This document shows positions 37,564 to 48,236 of a DNA stretch of 64,000 nucleotides, in pieces. The notes under the pieces are model-generated. The model had not been told where the DNA came from. It saw nothing but the letters and a program-made list of their open reading frames with translations, and made no database searches. How positions within the stretch are numbered: the first letter of the stretch is position 1; every line of letters begins with the position of its first letter. This DNA is from an uncultured bacterium (GTDB lineage: Bacteria; Verrucomicrobiota; Verrucomicrobiia; Limisphaerales; UBA8199), in contig CAVVMW010000014.1 of NCBI GenBank assembly GCA_963749495.1, forward strand, positions 288,001 through 352,000, given 5' to 3'. The position numbers and the translations under genes were made by a program.

Positions 37564-40391
37564 GGGTTTTGCACACAGACGACGTGGCCCAGGGGCTGCC
37601 GGGCGCGGCCAATGCGGCCTACGTCGAGGGTCTCTATGAGGACTACCTCCGCGACCCGGCGTCGGTGCCGTCGGACTGGCAGGGGTATTTTGGGGACCTG
37701 GCCGTCAACGAACTGCGGTTTCCCAAACCGCGTTTCGGTCCGTCGTTCCGGCCCTCGAGCATCTTCAATCCGCCCGCCTCGGCGCGCGACCGGGGTTCGA
37801 GCCGGCTGGCCGACCCCGGAGGTGGCGGCGATGCAGGACCGGGTGTATCTGCTGACGAGGCTCTACCGGGTGCGCGGCCACCGCATCGCCCGCGTGGACC
37901 CGCTGGGGATGCCGCAACCGATCCCGCCCGAACTCAAACCGGAGTTCTTCGGTTTCACCGAGGCGGACCTGGACATGCCGGTGTATAGCGAGACCTTTCA
38001 GTATGAGGGGCCGCTGCTGACGCTGGGCCAGTTGCTCCAACGGCTGCGCAACACCTACTGCCGTTCGATCGGGGTGCAGTACATGCACATTGACGACCTG
38101 AGCGTGCGCCGCTGGCTCCAGCGCCGCATGGAGACGACCGAGAACCGCCTCCAACTCACCCGCTCCGAACAATTGCGCATCCTCACCCGCCTGACCGATG
38201 CCGTCACCTTCGAGGAGTTCATCCGCAAGAAGTTCGTCGGCGCAAAGACCTTTTCGCTGGACGGCTCCGAGAGTCTGATCCCGCTGCTGGACCTGGCGAT
38301 CGAGAAGGCGGGGGCGCACGGCATCCGCGAGATTGTGCTGGGCATGGCGCATCGCGGCCGCCTCAACGTCCTGGCCAACATCATGGGCAAGAGCGCCCGC
38401 CAGATCTTCCGCGAATACGCCGACGCGGACTGGAGGACCTCGACGGGCCGCGGCGACGTGAAATATCACCTGGGCCACAGCACCGACTGGCTGACAGCCC
38501 GGGGCCAGAAGGTCCATCTCTCGCTTTGTTTCAACCCCAGCCACCTTGAATTCGTCAACCCGGTCGTCCTGGGCCGCATCCGCGCCAAGCAGGACCGGGT
38601 CGACGACACCGAGCGTGTGCGCGGCATGGCCCTGCTCATCCATGGCGACGCGGCGTTTGCCGGCGAGGGGGTGGTGCAGGAAACGTTGAACCTGAGCCAG
38701 TTGCCCGCTTACAGCGTGGGCGGCACCCTCCACGTGGTGGTCAACAATCAGATCGGGTTCACCACCAAGCCCGGCCAGGCCCGCTCCAGCGTCTATGCGA
38801 CCGACGTCGCCAAGATGCTCCAAATCCCGATCTTGCACGTCAATGGCGAGGACCCCGAGGCCGTGGCCCAAGTCATCGACCTGGCCATGGATTTCCGCCG
38901 CGAGTTCAAAAGCGACGTCGTCATCAGCATGTACGGCTACCGCCGCCTGGGCCACAACGAGGGCGACGAACCCTCCTTTACCCAGCCCGTGCTCTACCGT
39001 GCGATTGCCAAGCGCGAGTCCGTGCTCGAGGGCTACCTGGAGCACCTGCTCAAGCTGGGCGGGGTGACCCGCGAGGAGGCCGATGCCCTGGCCGCCCGCC
39101 GCCGCGAGTTGCTCGACAAGGAGTTGTCCGAGTCCCAGTCCGGCAAGCCCGGGCCGGCCCCGACCAACCCCGTGGCGTTTGGAGCGGGTTTCAGGGCGGT
39201 CCGGAGCCTGCGGGCCAGGAAGTGCCGACGGGTGTTGCGCGCGAGCGGCTTGCCGCATGGCTGGAGGCGCAAACCAGGTTCCCCGAGGGGTTTCATCCCC
39301 ACCCCAAGATCAAGAAGCTGCTGGAGGGGCGGCAGCAGATGGCGGGCGGCCAATTGCCGCTGGATTGGTCGGCGGCGGAATCGCTGGCGTTTGCCAGCGC
39401 AGCGTGCGAGGGCTACCCGGTGCGGCTCACCGGCCAGGACTCCGAACGGGGCACGTTCAGCCAGCGCCACGCGGTGCTGCACGATTCGCAGGACGGCCAT
39501 GAGTGGGCGCCGCTCCAGCACCTGGCCCCGGACCAGGCCCCCGTGGAGATCTATAACAGTCCCCTCTCGGAGACCGGCGTGCTGGGCTTCGAGTACGGCT
39601 ACAGCCTGGACCGGCCCGACGGCCTGGTGTTATGGGAGGCGCAGTTCGGCGATTTCTGGAACGTGGCGCAGCCGATCGTGGACCAGTTCATTGCCAGCGC
39701 CGAGGAGAAATGGCAGCGGCTCAGCGGGCTGGTCCTGCTCCTGCCCCATGGCTTCGAGGGCCAGGGACCCGAGCACTCCAGCGCCCGCCTGGAACGCTTC
39801 CTGATGCTGGGCGTGGACGACAACATCCAGGTGGTCTATCCGAGCACGCCTGCGCAGTATTTTCATTGCCTGCGGCGCCAGGTCCTTCGCCCGTGGCGCA
39901 AACCGCTCATCATCATGACCCCCAAGAGCCTCCTGCGCCATCCCAAGGCCGTCTCGACTCTGGACGAGCTGGCCGAGGGCGGGTTCCAGCGAATCCTGCC
40001 CGACCCTGCGCCCAACCCGGCCGGTTCCATCCAGCGCATCCTGCTGTGCGCCGGCAAGATTTATTATGAACTGGAGGCCCACCGCCAAGAGGCCGCCCGC
40101 GCCGATGTCGCCATCCTCCGCCTGGAGCAGCTCCATCCCTTGCGTTGCGATCTGCTCGAGCAGACGCTCTGCGCCTACCCGAACGGCACGCCAGTCTTTT
40201 GGGTGCAGGAGGAGCCTCAAAACATGGGCCCCTGGACTTTCATGCGGATCTCGCTGGGCCAAACCCTCTTCGGGCGCTTTCCCCTGGCAGGCATCACCCG
40301 CGCCCCCTCGGCCTCGCCCGCCGCAGGCTCGGCCCGCCGCCACAAACAGGAACAGGCCGACATCCTCGCCCGCGCCTTCGGCGAGAAATGA
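37560..40391 (+). CDS. sucA: 2-oxoglutarate dehydrogenase E1 (frameshifts near 37816 and 39170)
   Basis: 'YRVRGH', 'GMAHRGRLN', 'GDVKYHLG', 'HGDAAF.G.G', '[11 protein letters not shown]', 'WEAQFGDF', 'GPEHSSAR' spread over three frames. Confidence 0.95.
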
Positions 40392-40452
40392 TGGTTCCTC
40401 GTTCCCTATTCGTCATTCGTCATTCGTCATTCGTCATTGACCCTAAACAACT

Positions 40453-41730
40453 ATGTCAATCGAACTCAGAATCCCCGCTCTCGGAGAATCCATCACCGAG
40501 GTGGAAATTGGCGACTGGCTCAAACGCCAGGGCGAGAGCGTCCGTAAAGACGAGCCTGTGGTCGTGCTCGAGAGCGAGAAGGCGACAGTCGAGTTGCCGG
40601 CGCCGGAGAGCGGGAGCCTGTCGCGGCTTCTCAAGCAGAAGGGCGACACGGCGAAAGTGGGGGAAGTCATCGGCTACCTGGATTCGGCGGACAAGGCCGG
40701 GCAACCTCAGGCCGCCCCGGGCCCAGGCGAGGTCAAGCCGGCCCCGGCGGGCGGTCCGGCCGCGCCGAAGCCCGCCGGCGCCCAACCGATCGTGATGCCG
40801 GCGGCCCAGCGCGCCCTGGCCGAGCGGGGCCTGCGCGCGGACCAGGTCGAGGCCACCGGTCCGGGCGGGCGCCTGCTCAAGGAGGACGTGCTGCGATACG
40901 TCGAGCAATCCCGGGGACAACCACCGGCGGCGGCCCCCGAACCGAGCGCGCCCCCGCCGCCTGGGCCGACGCCAATCAGCCAGATGGTCATCCCGCACGC
41001 GGCCGCGCCCAGGACCCCGCCTGCGCCTGCGCGCGAGGAAGAAACCGTGCCCATGAGCCGGTTGCGCCGCACCATCGCCGAACGCCTGGTCGAGGCCCAA
41101 AACACCGCCGCCCTGCTCACGACCTTCAACGAAATCAACATGTCCACCGTCATCGCCTTGCGCAAGCAATACGGCGATGCCTTCCAGAGCAAATACAACG
41201 TGAAGCTGGGTTTCATGTCCTTCTTCGTCAAGGCCTGCGTGGACGCCCTTAAACTGTATCCGGTCCTCAATGCCGAGGTGCGCGCCACCAATATCGTCTA
41301 TCACAACTTCTACGACATCGGCGTTGCGGTCGGCAGCGGCAAAGGACTGGTCGTGCCGGTCCTGCGCAATGCCGAGCGCTCCAGCTTCGCCGAGCTGGAG
41401 CTGGCCATCGCGGATTTCGCCCGCCGGGCGCGCGAAAACAAACTCAAGCTCGACGAACTGCAGGGCGGCACCTTCACCATCAGCAACGGCGGAGTGTACG
41501 GCTCGATGCTCTCGACCCCCATCATCAATCCCCCCCAGAGCGGCGTCCTGGGCATGCACGCCATCCAGGAGCGCCCGGTCGCCCGCGAGGGCGGCGTTGT
41601 CGTTCGCCCCATGATGTACGTCGCCCTCACCTACGACCACCGCATCGTCGATGGCCGCGAGGCCGTCTCGTTCCTCAGGCACATCAAGGACGTCATCGAG
41701 ACCCCCACCCGGATGCTGATGGAGATTTGA
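40453..41730 (+). CDS. sucB: Dihydrolipoyllysine-residue succinyltransferase (E2)
   Basis: Lipoyl domain (ESEKA), E3-binding 'TGPGGRLLKEDV', catalytic 'YDHRIVDG'. Confidence 0.96.
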   Translation: MSIELRIPALGESITEVEIGDWLKRQGESVRKDEPVVVLESEKATVELPAPESGSLSRLLKQKGDTAKVGEVIGYLDSADKAGQPQAAPGPGEVKPAPAGGPAAPKPAGAQPIVMPAAQRALAERGLRADQVEATGPGGRLLKEDVLRYVEQSRGQPPAAAPEPSAPPPPGPTPISQMVIPHAAAPRTPPAPAREEETVPMSRLRRTIAERLVEAQNTAALLTTFNEINMSTVIALRKQYGDAFQSKYNVKLGFMSFFVKACVDALKLYPVLNAEVRATNIVYHNFYDIGVAVGSGKGLVVPVLRNAERSSFAELELAIADFARRARENKLKLDELQGGTFTISNGGVYGSMLSTPIINPPQSGVLGMHAIQERPVAREGGVVVRPMMYVALTYDHRIVDGREAVSFLRHIKDVIETPTRMLMEI

Positions 41731-41779
41731 GACTGGCTTGACCCTGCCACGCGGCAAGGTAAGCTCCGGGGACTGAGAT

Positions 41780-42235
41780 ATGCCAAAGAAACAAGCGATC
41801 AAGCTTTCGGGCTCACTCCCTTCGCTCTCGCCAATTTGGTTGGCGAGGGCTTCGAGAAAGAAACACGTGATCAAGCCTTCAGGGTCACCCGCCGCCGTCG
41901 GGCCCTACAACCACGGGGTGCGCGTGGGCCACCTGCTCTTTTGCGCGGGCCAAATCCCGATCGAGCCGGCCACCGGCAATCTTGTGGCGGGCGACATCAA
42001 GGTCCAAACCGAGCGGGCGCTCGAGAACATCAAGGCGATCCTCGAAGATCAGAACCTGAGCTTCGCCAACGTGGTCAAGAGCACGGTCTTCCTCACCGAC
42101 CTGGCTGATTTCGCCGGGATGAACGAGGTGTATGCGAAGTACTTCACGGCGGAGTTCCCCGCCCGCTCGACAGTCCAGGTGGCCGCGCTCCCCAAGGGCG
42201 CCGCGGTCGAGATCGAGGTCATTGCGCACTGTTGA
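41780..42235 (+). CDS. ridA: RidA/YjgF family reactive intermediate deaminase
   Basis: 'AVGPY', 'GQIP', 'MNEVY', 'PARS.V.V..LP....VEIE'; alternative GTG start at 41867; promoter-like TTGACC-N16-TAAGCT upstream. Confidence 0.92.
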   Translation: MPKKQAIKLSGSLPSLSPIWLARASRKKHVIKPSGSPAAVGPYNHGVRVGHLLFCAGQIPIEPATGNLVAGDIKVQTERALENIKAILEDQNLSFANVVKSTVFLTDLADFAGMNEVYAKYFTAEFPARSTVQVAALPKGAAVEIEVIAHC

Positions 42236-42297
42236 GGCGCAGCCCTTCGTCATTCGTCATTCGTCATTCGCCATTCGTCATTGCCGCCCCCCTCCCC

Positions 42298-43662
42298 ATG
42301 CCAGCCGCTGTCTATGTTCTGATCGGTCTTCTGGCAGGCGCCGCGTTTGGTTTTCTCTGGGGCCTGGTGGTGGGCCGGGGCCGGGCGCCGGCCCCGGATG
42401 ACCGGTTGGCGAACGAGTTACGGGAACAGGCAACCCGGCGCGAGAGCGAGCTGGCCGGGCTGCGCGACCAGATGACAAGCGCGCTCCGCGCCCAGGCCGA
42501 GGCGCAGGCGCGGTCCGTGGCAGCGGAGCAGTTGCTGGCCGACCAGAAGCAACTCCAGGAAAAGGCCTTGCGCGAGGCGCGCGAGGCGCGCGACCAGGCC
42601 CTGGCCGATCAGCGGGCGGCATTCCGGAGCTTGAGCCTGGAGGCCCTGCGCGAGGTCCAGCCGCAATTCACCGAGCGCATCGTCGAGACCGTTGCCAGGC
42701 TCCAGGAAACCGCCAAAGGCGACCTGGCCCAGCGCCAGCAAGCGATAGCCACGATCATTGAGCCCCTCAAGCAGCACCTGGAGACCTACCAGAAACGGCT
42801 CCAGCAGGCCGACACCGCCCAGGCGGCCACGCTGGGCGAAGTGAAGAAACAACTGGAGGCCCTCTCCCAATACAGCCAGACGCTGGCCCAGGAAACCCAG
42901 CAATTCCGGGTCGTCCTGAGCTCCAGCCAAGCGCGTGGCCGCTGGGGTGAACAGACCCTGCGCCGGGTCATCGATGCCGCCGGCATGAGCCCCCATTGCG
43001 ACTTCACCGAACAGACCCAGGCCGGCGAGGGCAAGCCCGACCTGGTGGTCCACCTCCCGGGCGAACGCGTCATCATCATCGATGCCAAGGTCCCCGAGCT
43101 CGATTTCCTGACTGCCCTGGAATCAGCCGATGTGGCCAAAAGGGCCGAAGGCCTCGCCGCCCACGCCGCAAAACTGCGCGCCACCATCAAATCACTCGCC
43201 GACCGCGATTATCCCCGGCAGTTCTCCAACGCCCTCGATTTCGTCGTGCTTTTCCTGCCCGCCGAGTCCCTGTTCAGCGCCGCCCTGGAGGGCGACCGGG
43301 ACCTCATCCTCTGGGCGGCGCAAAAGCGCATCCTCCTGGCCACGCCCGCCTCGCTCATTGCCTTGCTGCGCTCGGTGGACCTGAGTTGGCAGCAGCATGA
43401 CCAGACCGTGCATGCCCAGGAGATAGCCCGCGCCGCGCAGGAACTCTACTCCCGCGTGGTCAAGTTCGCCGAGCACCTCGAGAAACTGCGCTCGGGGCTC
43501 GAACGCGCCAACAGCGCCTTTAACGACGCCGCGGCCAGCTTCCAGACCCGTTTGCGCCCCGCCGGGGAACGCCTGGCCCAATTGGGCGGCGGCGTCCCGG
43601 GCAAGGAGGTGGCGGACCTCCAGCCGCTGGAAACTGCGCTGCGCCTCCCAGAGAAAGGCTGA
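42298..43662 (+). CDS. rmuC: DNA recombination protein RmuC
   Basis: N-terminal TM and coiled coil; 'RGRWGE', 'KPD.V.LP....IIDAK', 'DFVVLFLP.E', 'ATP.SL'. Confidence 0.92.
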   Translation: MPAAVYVLIGLLAGAAFGFLWGLVVGRGRAPAPDDRLANELREQATRRESELAGLRDQMTSALRAQAEAQARSVAAEQLLADQKQLQEKALREAREARDQALADQRAAFRSLSLEALREVQPQFTERIVETVARLQETAKGDLAQRQQAIATIIEPLKQHLETYQKRLQQADTAQAATLGEVKKQLEALSQYSQTLAQETQQFRVVLSSSQARGRWGEQTLRRVIDAAGMSPHCDFTEQTQAGEGKPDLVVHLPGERVIIIDAKVPELDFLTALESADVAKRAEGLAAHAAKLRATIKSLADRDYPRQFSNALDFVVLFLPAESLFSAALEGDRDLILWAAQKRILLATPASLIALLRSVDLSWQQHDQTVHAQEIARAAQELYSRVVKFAEHLEKLRSGLERANSAFNDAAASFQTRLRPAGERLAQLGGGVPGKEVADLQPLETALRLPEKG

Positions 43663-44296
43663 AGGCTAAAGGCTGAAGTAAAGGCTGAAGGCTGAAGGCT
43701 AAAGGCTAAAGGCTAAAGGCTGAAGGCTATCCCGAAGGGATCAGAATCACTCAGCCCAGGGTTGCGCGTTCCGCTCCAGGTGACCGAGGGGCTTTACCTC
43801 CCGGCCCGAAGGGCCGCTAGAGCCTAGCCCAGGGCTGAGGCCGTCAGGCCGATGCCCTGGGTAAAGGGCCAGCGAAATCAATCGCGCCCTGAAAGATTTC
43901 CCCCAAACGGAATTTGGCGCATTGAACCCCCGAACCTCGACCGGGCGTGCCCGTCCCGCGAAGCGTTTTGGACTGCGGCAGTCCTCTGCCGCTTTTGTTT
44001 CCCCTCGGTGCCGACGCGAAAGCGGCAGAGGACTGCCGCAGTCCAAAACCTTCGGGTTTGGGGTCGGTTCCTGGGGAGGGGCGCAAGACTCTGGCGCCCC
44101 CTTCAGGGCGCGCGGTCCGCGTCTGGAACGAAACCCAGGGCATCGGCCTGAGGGCCTCAGCCCTGGGCTAGGCTCTGGCGGCCCTTCGGGCCGCGACGAG
44201 ACGCATGCCCGGCATTTGCCGGCCAAGAGGTCGGTCACCCTGGAACACCTGAATTGACCATGGCCTTTAGCCCTTCAGCCTTTAGCCTTTAGCCTT
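43657..44296. repeat. Nested palindromic repeat complex between convergent genes
   Basis: Outer GGCT(A/G)AA / TTTAGCC arrays, a 60-bp IR (43803-43862 / 44133-44192, 58/60) and an inner GACTGCGGCAGTCC hairpin. Confidence 0.88.
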
Positions 44297-44300
44297 TCCT

Positions 44301-45408
44301 TCAAAGCTGTTCGACGCACTTGAGCATCGCCGCCTCCTGGCGCTCGATTGAACTCGACCAGTTTGAACTGGGTCCGGCAGCGGTCCAGGTTGTGGTCGGG
44401 GCGATGGATGCGGAAATAGGTATCGCCGCTGAGGAAATCGGTAAGGAAGCGGATGCCGATTTCGAAGGTGATGAGCTTGCCGGAGAAGGGGATGAATGCC
44501 TTCTCGGGCTTGGTGAGGAACTGGCCGGCGGCCGAGACGTAACCTTCGGCCAGGCGCCTGAACATGGGCATCTGCATCTTGACCTTCGAGAGGTCGGGCT
44601 CGTCTTCGAGGGTTGGGCTGGTGGTGGTGCGGACCATGTCGCCGAAGTCGTAGAGGGCGCAGCCGGGCATCACGGTATCCAGGTCCACGACGCACATGGC
44701 CTTGCCGGTCAGGGTATCGAGCATGACGTTGTTGAACTTGGTGTCATTGTGGGTGATGCGTTCGGGGATGCGGCCCTTTTCCATGGCCTCGAGGATGACA
44801 TCCACCAGCTTTTCGTGCGCGAGGGCAAACTCGATCTCAGGTTTGGCATCCCGGGCGCGGTTGAAGTGGTCCTTGGCCAGGGCCTGCTGGAGGGCCTCGA
44901 ACCGCTTCCGCGTGTGATGGAAGTCCGGGATCGTCTCCAGGAGCCGGTCTCCGGGCAGGTCCACCAGGTGCAGTTGAAACTCCCCAAAGGCGCGCCCCGC
45001 TTCGAAGGCCTGTTGCGGCGTCTGGACCGCCTCGAAAGTCTCCACCCCTTCCACAAACACGAACGTCCGCCAATACTCCCCATTGCCGCCACGGAAATAG
45101 GGGTGCCCTTCCCGCGTCGGGATCACGATGAGCGAGCGTCGCGTGATGTCCCGCGCCTCCTGTGCTTCCAGCTTGCGGCGGATGTGCGTGGTGACCCGCG
45201 TCAGGTTCTTCATCAGCGCCGGCGGGTCCTTAAACACACTCTTGTTGATCTTCTGGTGGATATAGCGCACGCGCGTGCCGCCCTGGTCGTAGGTGGCGGA
45301 GTAGGTCTCGTTGATGTGGCCGATCTTGAAGGTCTCGGCGTGCTGGATCTCGCCGTAGATTTGGAACTGCTTGGAGATGTGCTGCAGCTCTTTTTCCGCG
45401 TAAGGCAT
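44301..45408 (-). CDS. Aminoglycoside phosphotransferase family kinase (NahK-like); frameshift near 44352
   Basis: 'GHINETY', 'THNDTKFNN', 'DLDTVMPG', 'DFGD', 'RFLTDFL.GD.YF'. Confidence 0.88.
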
Positions 45409-45550
45409 GGTCGTGAGGTGACTGGTTTAACGGCGGGACCATCATGGCTTGACCGCCCCTGAAAAGCAATGAGGATTTCCAATCCTGGCGCGTCCGGGGC
45501 AGGGCCGTTGACAAAGTCGCTCGGTGCGCCTGTGCGCCAGGGGCGCCAGC

Positions 45551-45685
45551 GTAGCGCAGGTTTCCAAACCTGCTGTATCGCGGGTTTCCAAACCCGCAGG
45601 CCGTCCGCAAACCGGGCGCGCTCGATATGCCGACGCCCTGCCGATTGGAAATCGGCGATACAGCAGGTTTGGAAACCTGCGCTAC
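45551..45685. repeat. REP-like hairpin (GTAGCGCAGGTTTCCAAACCTGCTGTATCGC family)
   Basis: 31-bp inverted arms. Confidence 0.85.
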
Positions 45686-45707
45686 AACTTTGTCAACGGC
45701 GCCGTAA

Positions 45708-46724
45708 TCAGGGCTTGAGCGCCAGGTCTTCGGGCTTGACCCCCGGCTTGAACTTGGCGAAGCCAAACCAACTGGGTTGGTATTGGCCGATGTAATCCAC
45801 GTTGGCCTTGGCGGGGATCTCCTTTTCCAGGCCGGTGGACCAATAGCAGGCATTGACCAGCAGCCGGCGCAACCCCTCGTTCTGGAGGTCCACCGCCGCG
45901 CCCATGGTGGTGGTGAGGATTGTCGAGGACTTGCCCGACTGGCCCGTGTATTGGCGCCACCAGACCAGGGGCATCATGGGATCGTTTTTGCGCCCCTCGA
46001 CCGGCGGGTCGGCCGGTTTCATGCCGGAGAGCACCTGACCGCCGACCAGCACCCTGGCGTCTGCGGGCAGGTGGACGACGGCATAGACATCGGTCGGCGT
46101 CCAGATGTCGGACACGCCTCGCAAGATGGGATGGTCTTTGAACGGGTCGCAGAGGACGCCGCGCGTGCTCTCGAAACCGTGGTGGCCGTGGTGGTCCACC
46201 CAGGTCTCACCCAGGACCTGCTGGCCGAAACCGCCGGGCCACTCCCGGCTGCGCCAGTCGAACCGGGCGTATGGGCCTTGCGAGTTGGGGCTGTACTGGA
46301 ATGCGTGCGTGCTGGTGCGCAATCCGATGATCGGCTTGCCGGAGTTGACGTAATCGACGAAGTGCTTCATCTGCTCGTCGGGCAGCTCCCGAAAGCGAAG
46401 CGCCATGAAGCACAGATCGGCGCTGTCGAGCGCCTCCATGCCGGGGATATTCGTCAGGATGGTCGGCTCGATGAAGCCGTTGGACGGGTTGATGGCAAAC
46501 AGCACCGTGCACCGGAAGCCATGCCGCTCCGCCAGGATCTTCGCCATCATCGGCAGCCCCTCTTCGGACCGATACTCCTCGTCGCCCGACAGAAACACAA
46601 TGTGCTTGCCCTGTCCGGGACCGCTCTTGCCTTCATAAACCACACGGTCCGCCGCCGCCACACGCCCGACGTGAACAAGTTGGAGTAACATCGCCCCGAC
46701 ACACAGATATGCTATGTTCTTCAT
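45708..46724 (-). CDS. ThuA-like domain secreted protein
   Basis: Signal peptide; 'HIVFLSGDEEYRSEE', 'GLRTSTHAF', 'TTMGA..D'. Confidence 0.82.
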   Translation of the reverse strand: MKNIAYLCVGAMLLQLVHVGRVAAADRVVYEGKSGPGQGKHIVFLSGDEEYRSEEGLPMMAKILAERHGFRCTVLFAINPSNGFIEPTILTNIPGMEALDSADLCFMALRFRELPDEQMKHFVDYVNSGKPIIGLRTSTHAFQYSPNSQGPYARFDWRSREWPGGFGQQVLGETWVDHHGHHGFESTRGVLCDPFKDHPILRGVSDIWTPTDVYAVVHLPADARVLVGGQVLSGMKPADPPVEGRKNDPMMPLVWWRQYTGQSGKSSTILTTTMGAAVDLQNEGLRRLLVNACYWSTGLEKEIPAKANVDYIGQYQPSWFGFAKFKPGVKPEDLALKP

Positions 46725-47028
46725 AAGCGCACGCGCAATTCGCCCCGATTCATAGCGGCTGGCGCGGGCGTCGGAAAGGCCAAAATGACGAATGACGAAT
46801 GACGAATGACGAATGACGAATGACGAATGAGGGGCCGAGCAGAGGAGGACGCGAAGCGTTTTGGACTGCCGCAGTCCAAAACCTGGCGGGCTTGAGACCG
46901 AGTGCCGAGGGGCGCCGCCTCGTCTCCGTTTCGTCATTCGTCATTCGTCATTCGTCATTCGTCATTCCTCCCCTCCCCTCGCCACTCACCACTCGACACT
47001 CGCCCCTGAACCCTCGACACTGCCCTGG

Positions 47029-48036
47029 ATGCAGTGCTTCGTCACCGGGGCCTCGGGGTTCGTGGGGGCCAATCTCGTACACGAGTTGGCTGCGCGGGGC
47101 CACGGTGTCAAGGCCTTGGTACGGCGCGGGAGCAACTTGCTCGGCCTGGAGGGCGCGGCGTATGAGCCGGTCGAAGGCGACGTAGCCGAGGCCGCCAGGC
47201 TCAGGGCCGCGATGAAGGGGTGCGAGTGGTGTTTCCACGCCGCCGCCAGCTATCACCTCTGGCTGCGGGATTACCGGCCCATGTATGCCGCCAACGTCGA
47301 GGGCACCCGCAATGTGATCGAGGCCGCCGCGGCGGCCGGTTGTTCCCGCATCGTCTATACCAGCACTGTTGGCTGCATCGGCCTGCCCCGCCCAGGCCCC
47401 GGCCAGGTGACGCCCAGCGACGAGACCACGCCTGTCTGCCCGGGGCAGATGAGCAATCACTACAAGCTCTCGAAATGGCAGGCCGAGCAGGTTGCGCTGG
47501 AACTGGCCCGCAGGGGCCTGCCGGTTGTCATCGTCAACCCCAGCACGCCGGCCGGTCCCCGCGACGTCAAACCCACTCCAACGGGCCGGATCATCGTCGA
47601 TTTCCTCAACCGCCAGATGCCCGCCTACCTCGATACGGGCCTCAACTGGGTTCACGTGCGTGACGTCGCCGCCGGGCATCTCCTGGCGGCCGAAAAGGGC
47701 CGCATTGGGGAACGTTACATCCTGGGCAATGCCCAGGGCAATTGGTCGCTCAAACAGACCTTCGCGACGCTCGAACAACTCACGGGCGTGCCCGCCCCCA
47801 AGTGCCGCATCCCGTACGCCCTCGCCCTGGCGGTCGCTCACATCAACGAGTGGATTTCCGCCCTGACGGGCAAACCGCCCAAAGCGCCTCTGGGGGGCGT
47901 CCGCATGGCCCGCTATAAAATGTTCTTCAACCCGGCCAAGGCCATCCGCGAGCTGGGCCTGCCCCAAACGCCGCCCACACACGCCCTGGCCGAGGCCGCC
48001 GAGTGGTTTCGCAGGCATGGATATGTGAAACAGTGA
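47029..48036 (+). CDS. hpnA: Hopanoid-associated NAD-dependent epimerase/dehydratase
   Basis: GASGFVG, 'AA.Y.LW', YxxxK (YKLSK) and 'GPRD.KPTPTG.II.DFL...MPAY.DTGLN'. Confidence 0.85.
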   Translation: MQCFVTGASGFVGANLVHELAARGHGVKALVRRGSNLLGLEGAAYEPVEGDVAEAARLRAAMKGCEWCFHAAASYHLWLRDYRPMYAANVEGTRNVIEAAAAAGCSRIVYTSTVGCIGLPRPGPGQVTPSDETTPVCPGQMSNHYKLSKWQAEQVALELARRGLPVVIVNPSTPAGPRDVKPTPTGRIIVDFLNRQMPAYLDTGLNWVHVRDVAAGHLLAAEKGRIGERYILGNAQGNWSLKQTFATLEQLTGVPAPKCRIPYALALAVAHINEWISALTGKPPKAPLGGVRMARYKMFFNPAKAIRELGLPQTPPTHALAEAAEWFRRHGYVKQ

Positions 48037-48236
48037 GGACCAGGAAGTTCAAACGGCAGTCCACGGGCAGCCCTCTTTGGCTTTCGCAAATGCATTGGGA
48101 CCATGAACCGGACGGGGGCTGCAAGGCCGCGAAGCGTTTTGGACTGCGGCAGTCCTCTGCCGCTTTTGGGAGTCCTGGGGATACGAAAGCGGCAGAGGAC
48201 TGCCGCAGTCCAAAACCTTGCGGATTTCGGCGGTTC

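Noticed and set aside
37560..40391. sucA as a true pseudogene
   Set aside because: All motifs are intact, both breaks are in C runs and sucB is intact; sequencing error is more likely.
43747..44257. Short ORFs with 'KAAEDCRSPK' or 'SFVIRHS' peptides
   Set aside because: Translations of palindromic or heptamer repeats, not genes; the same applies to N-terminal extensions of several track ORFs.
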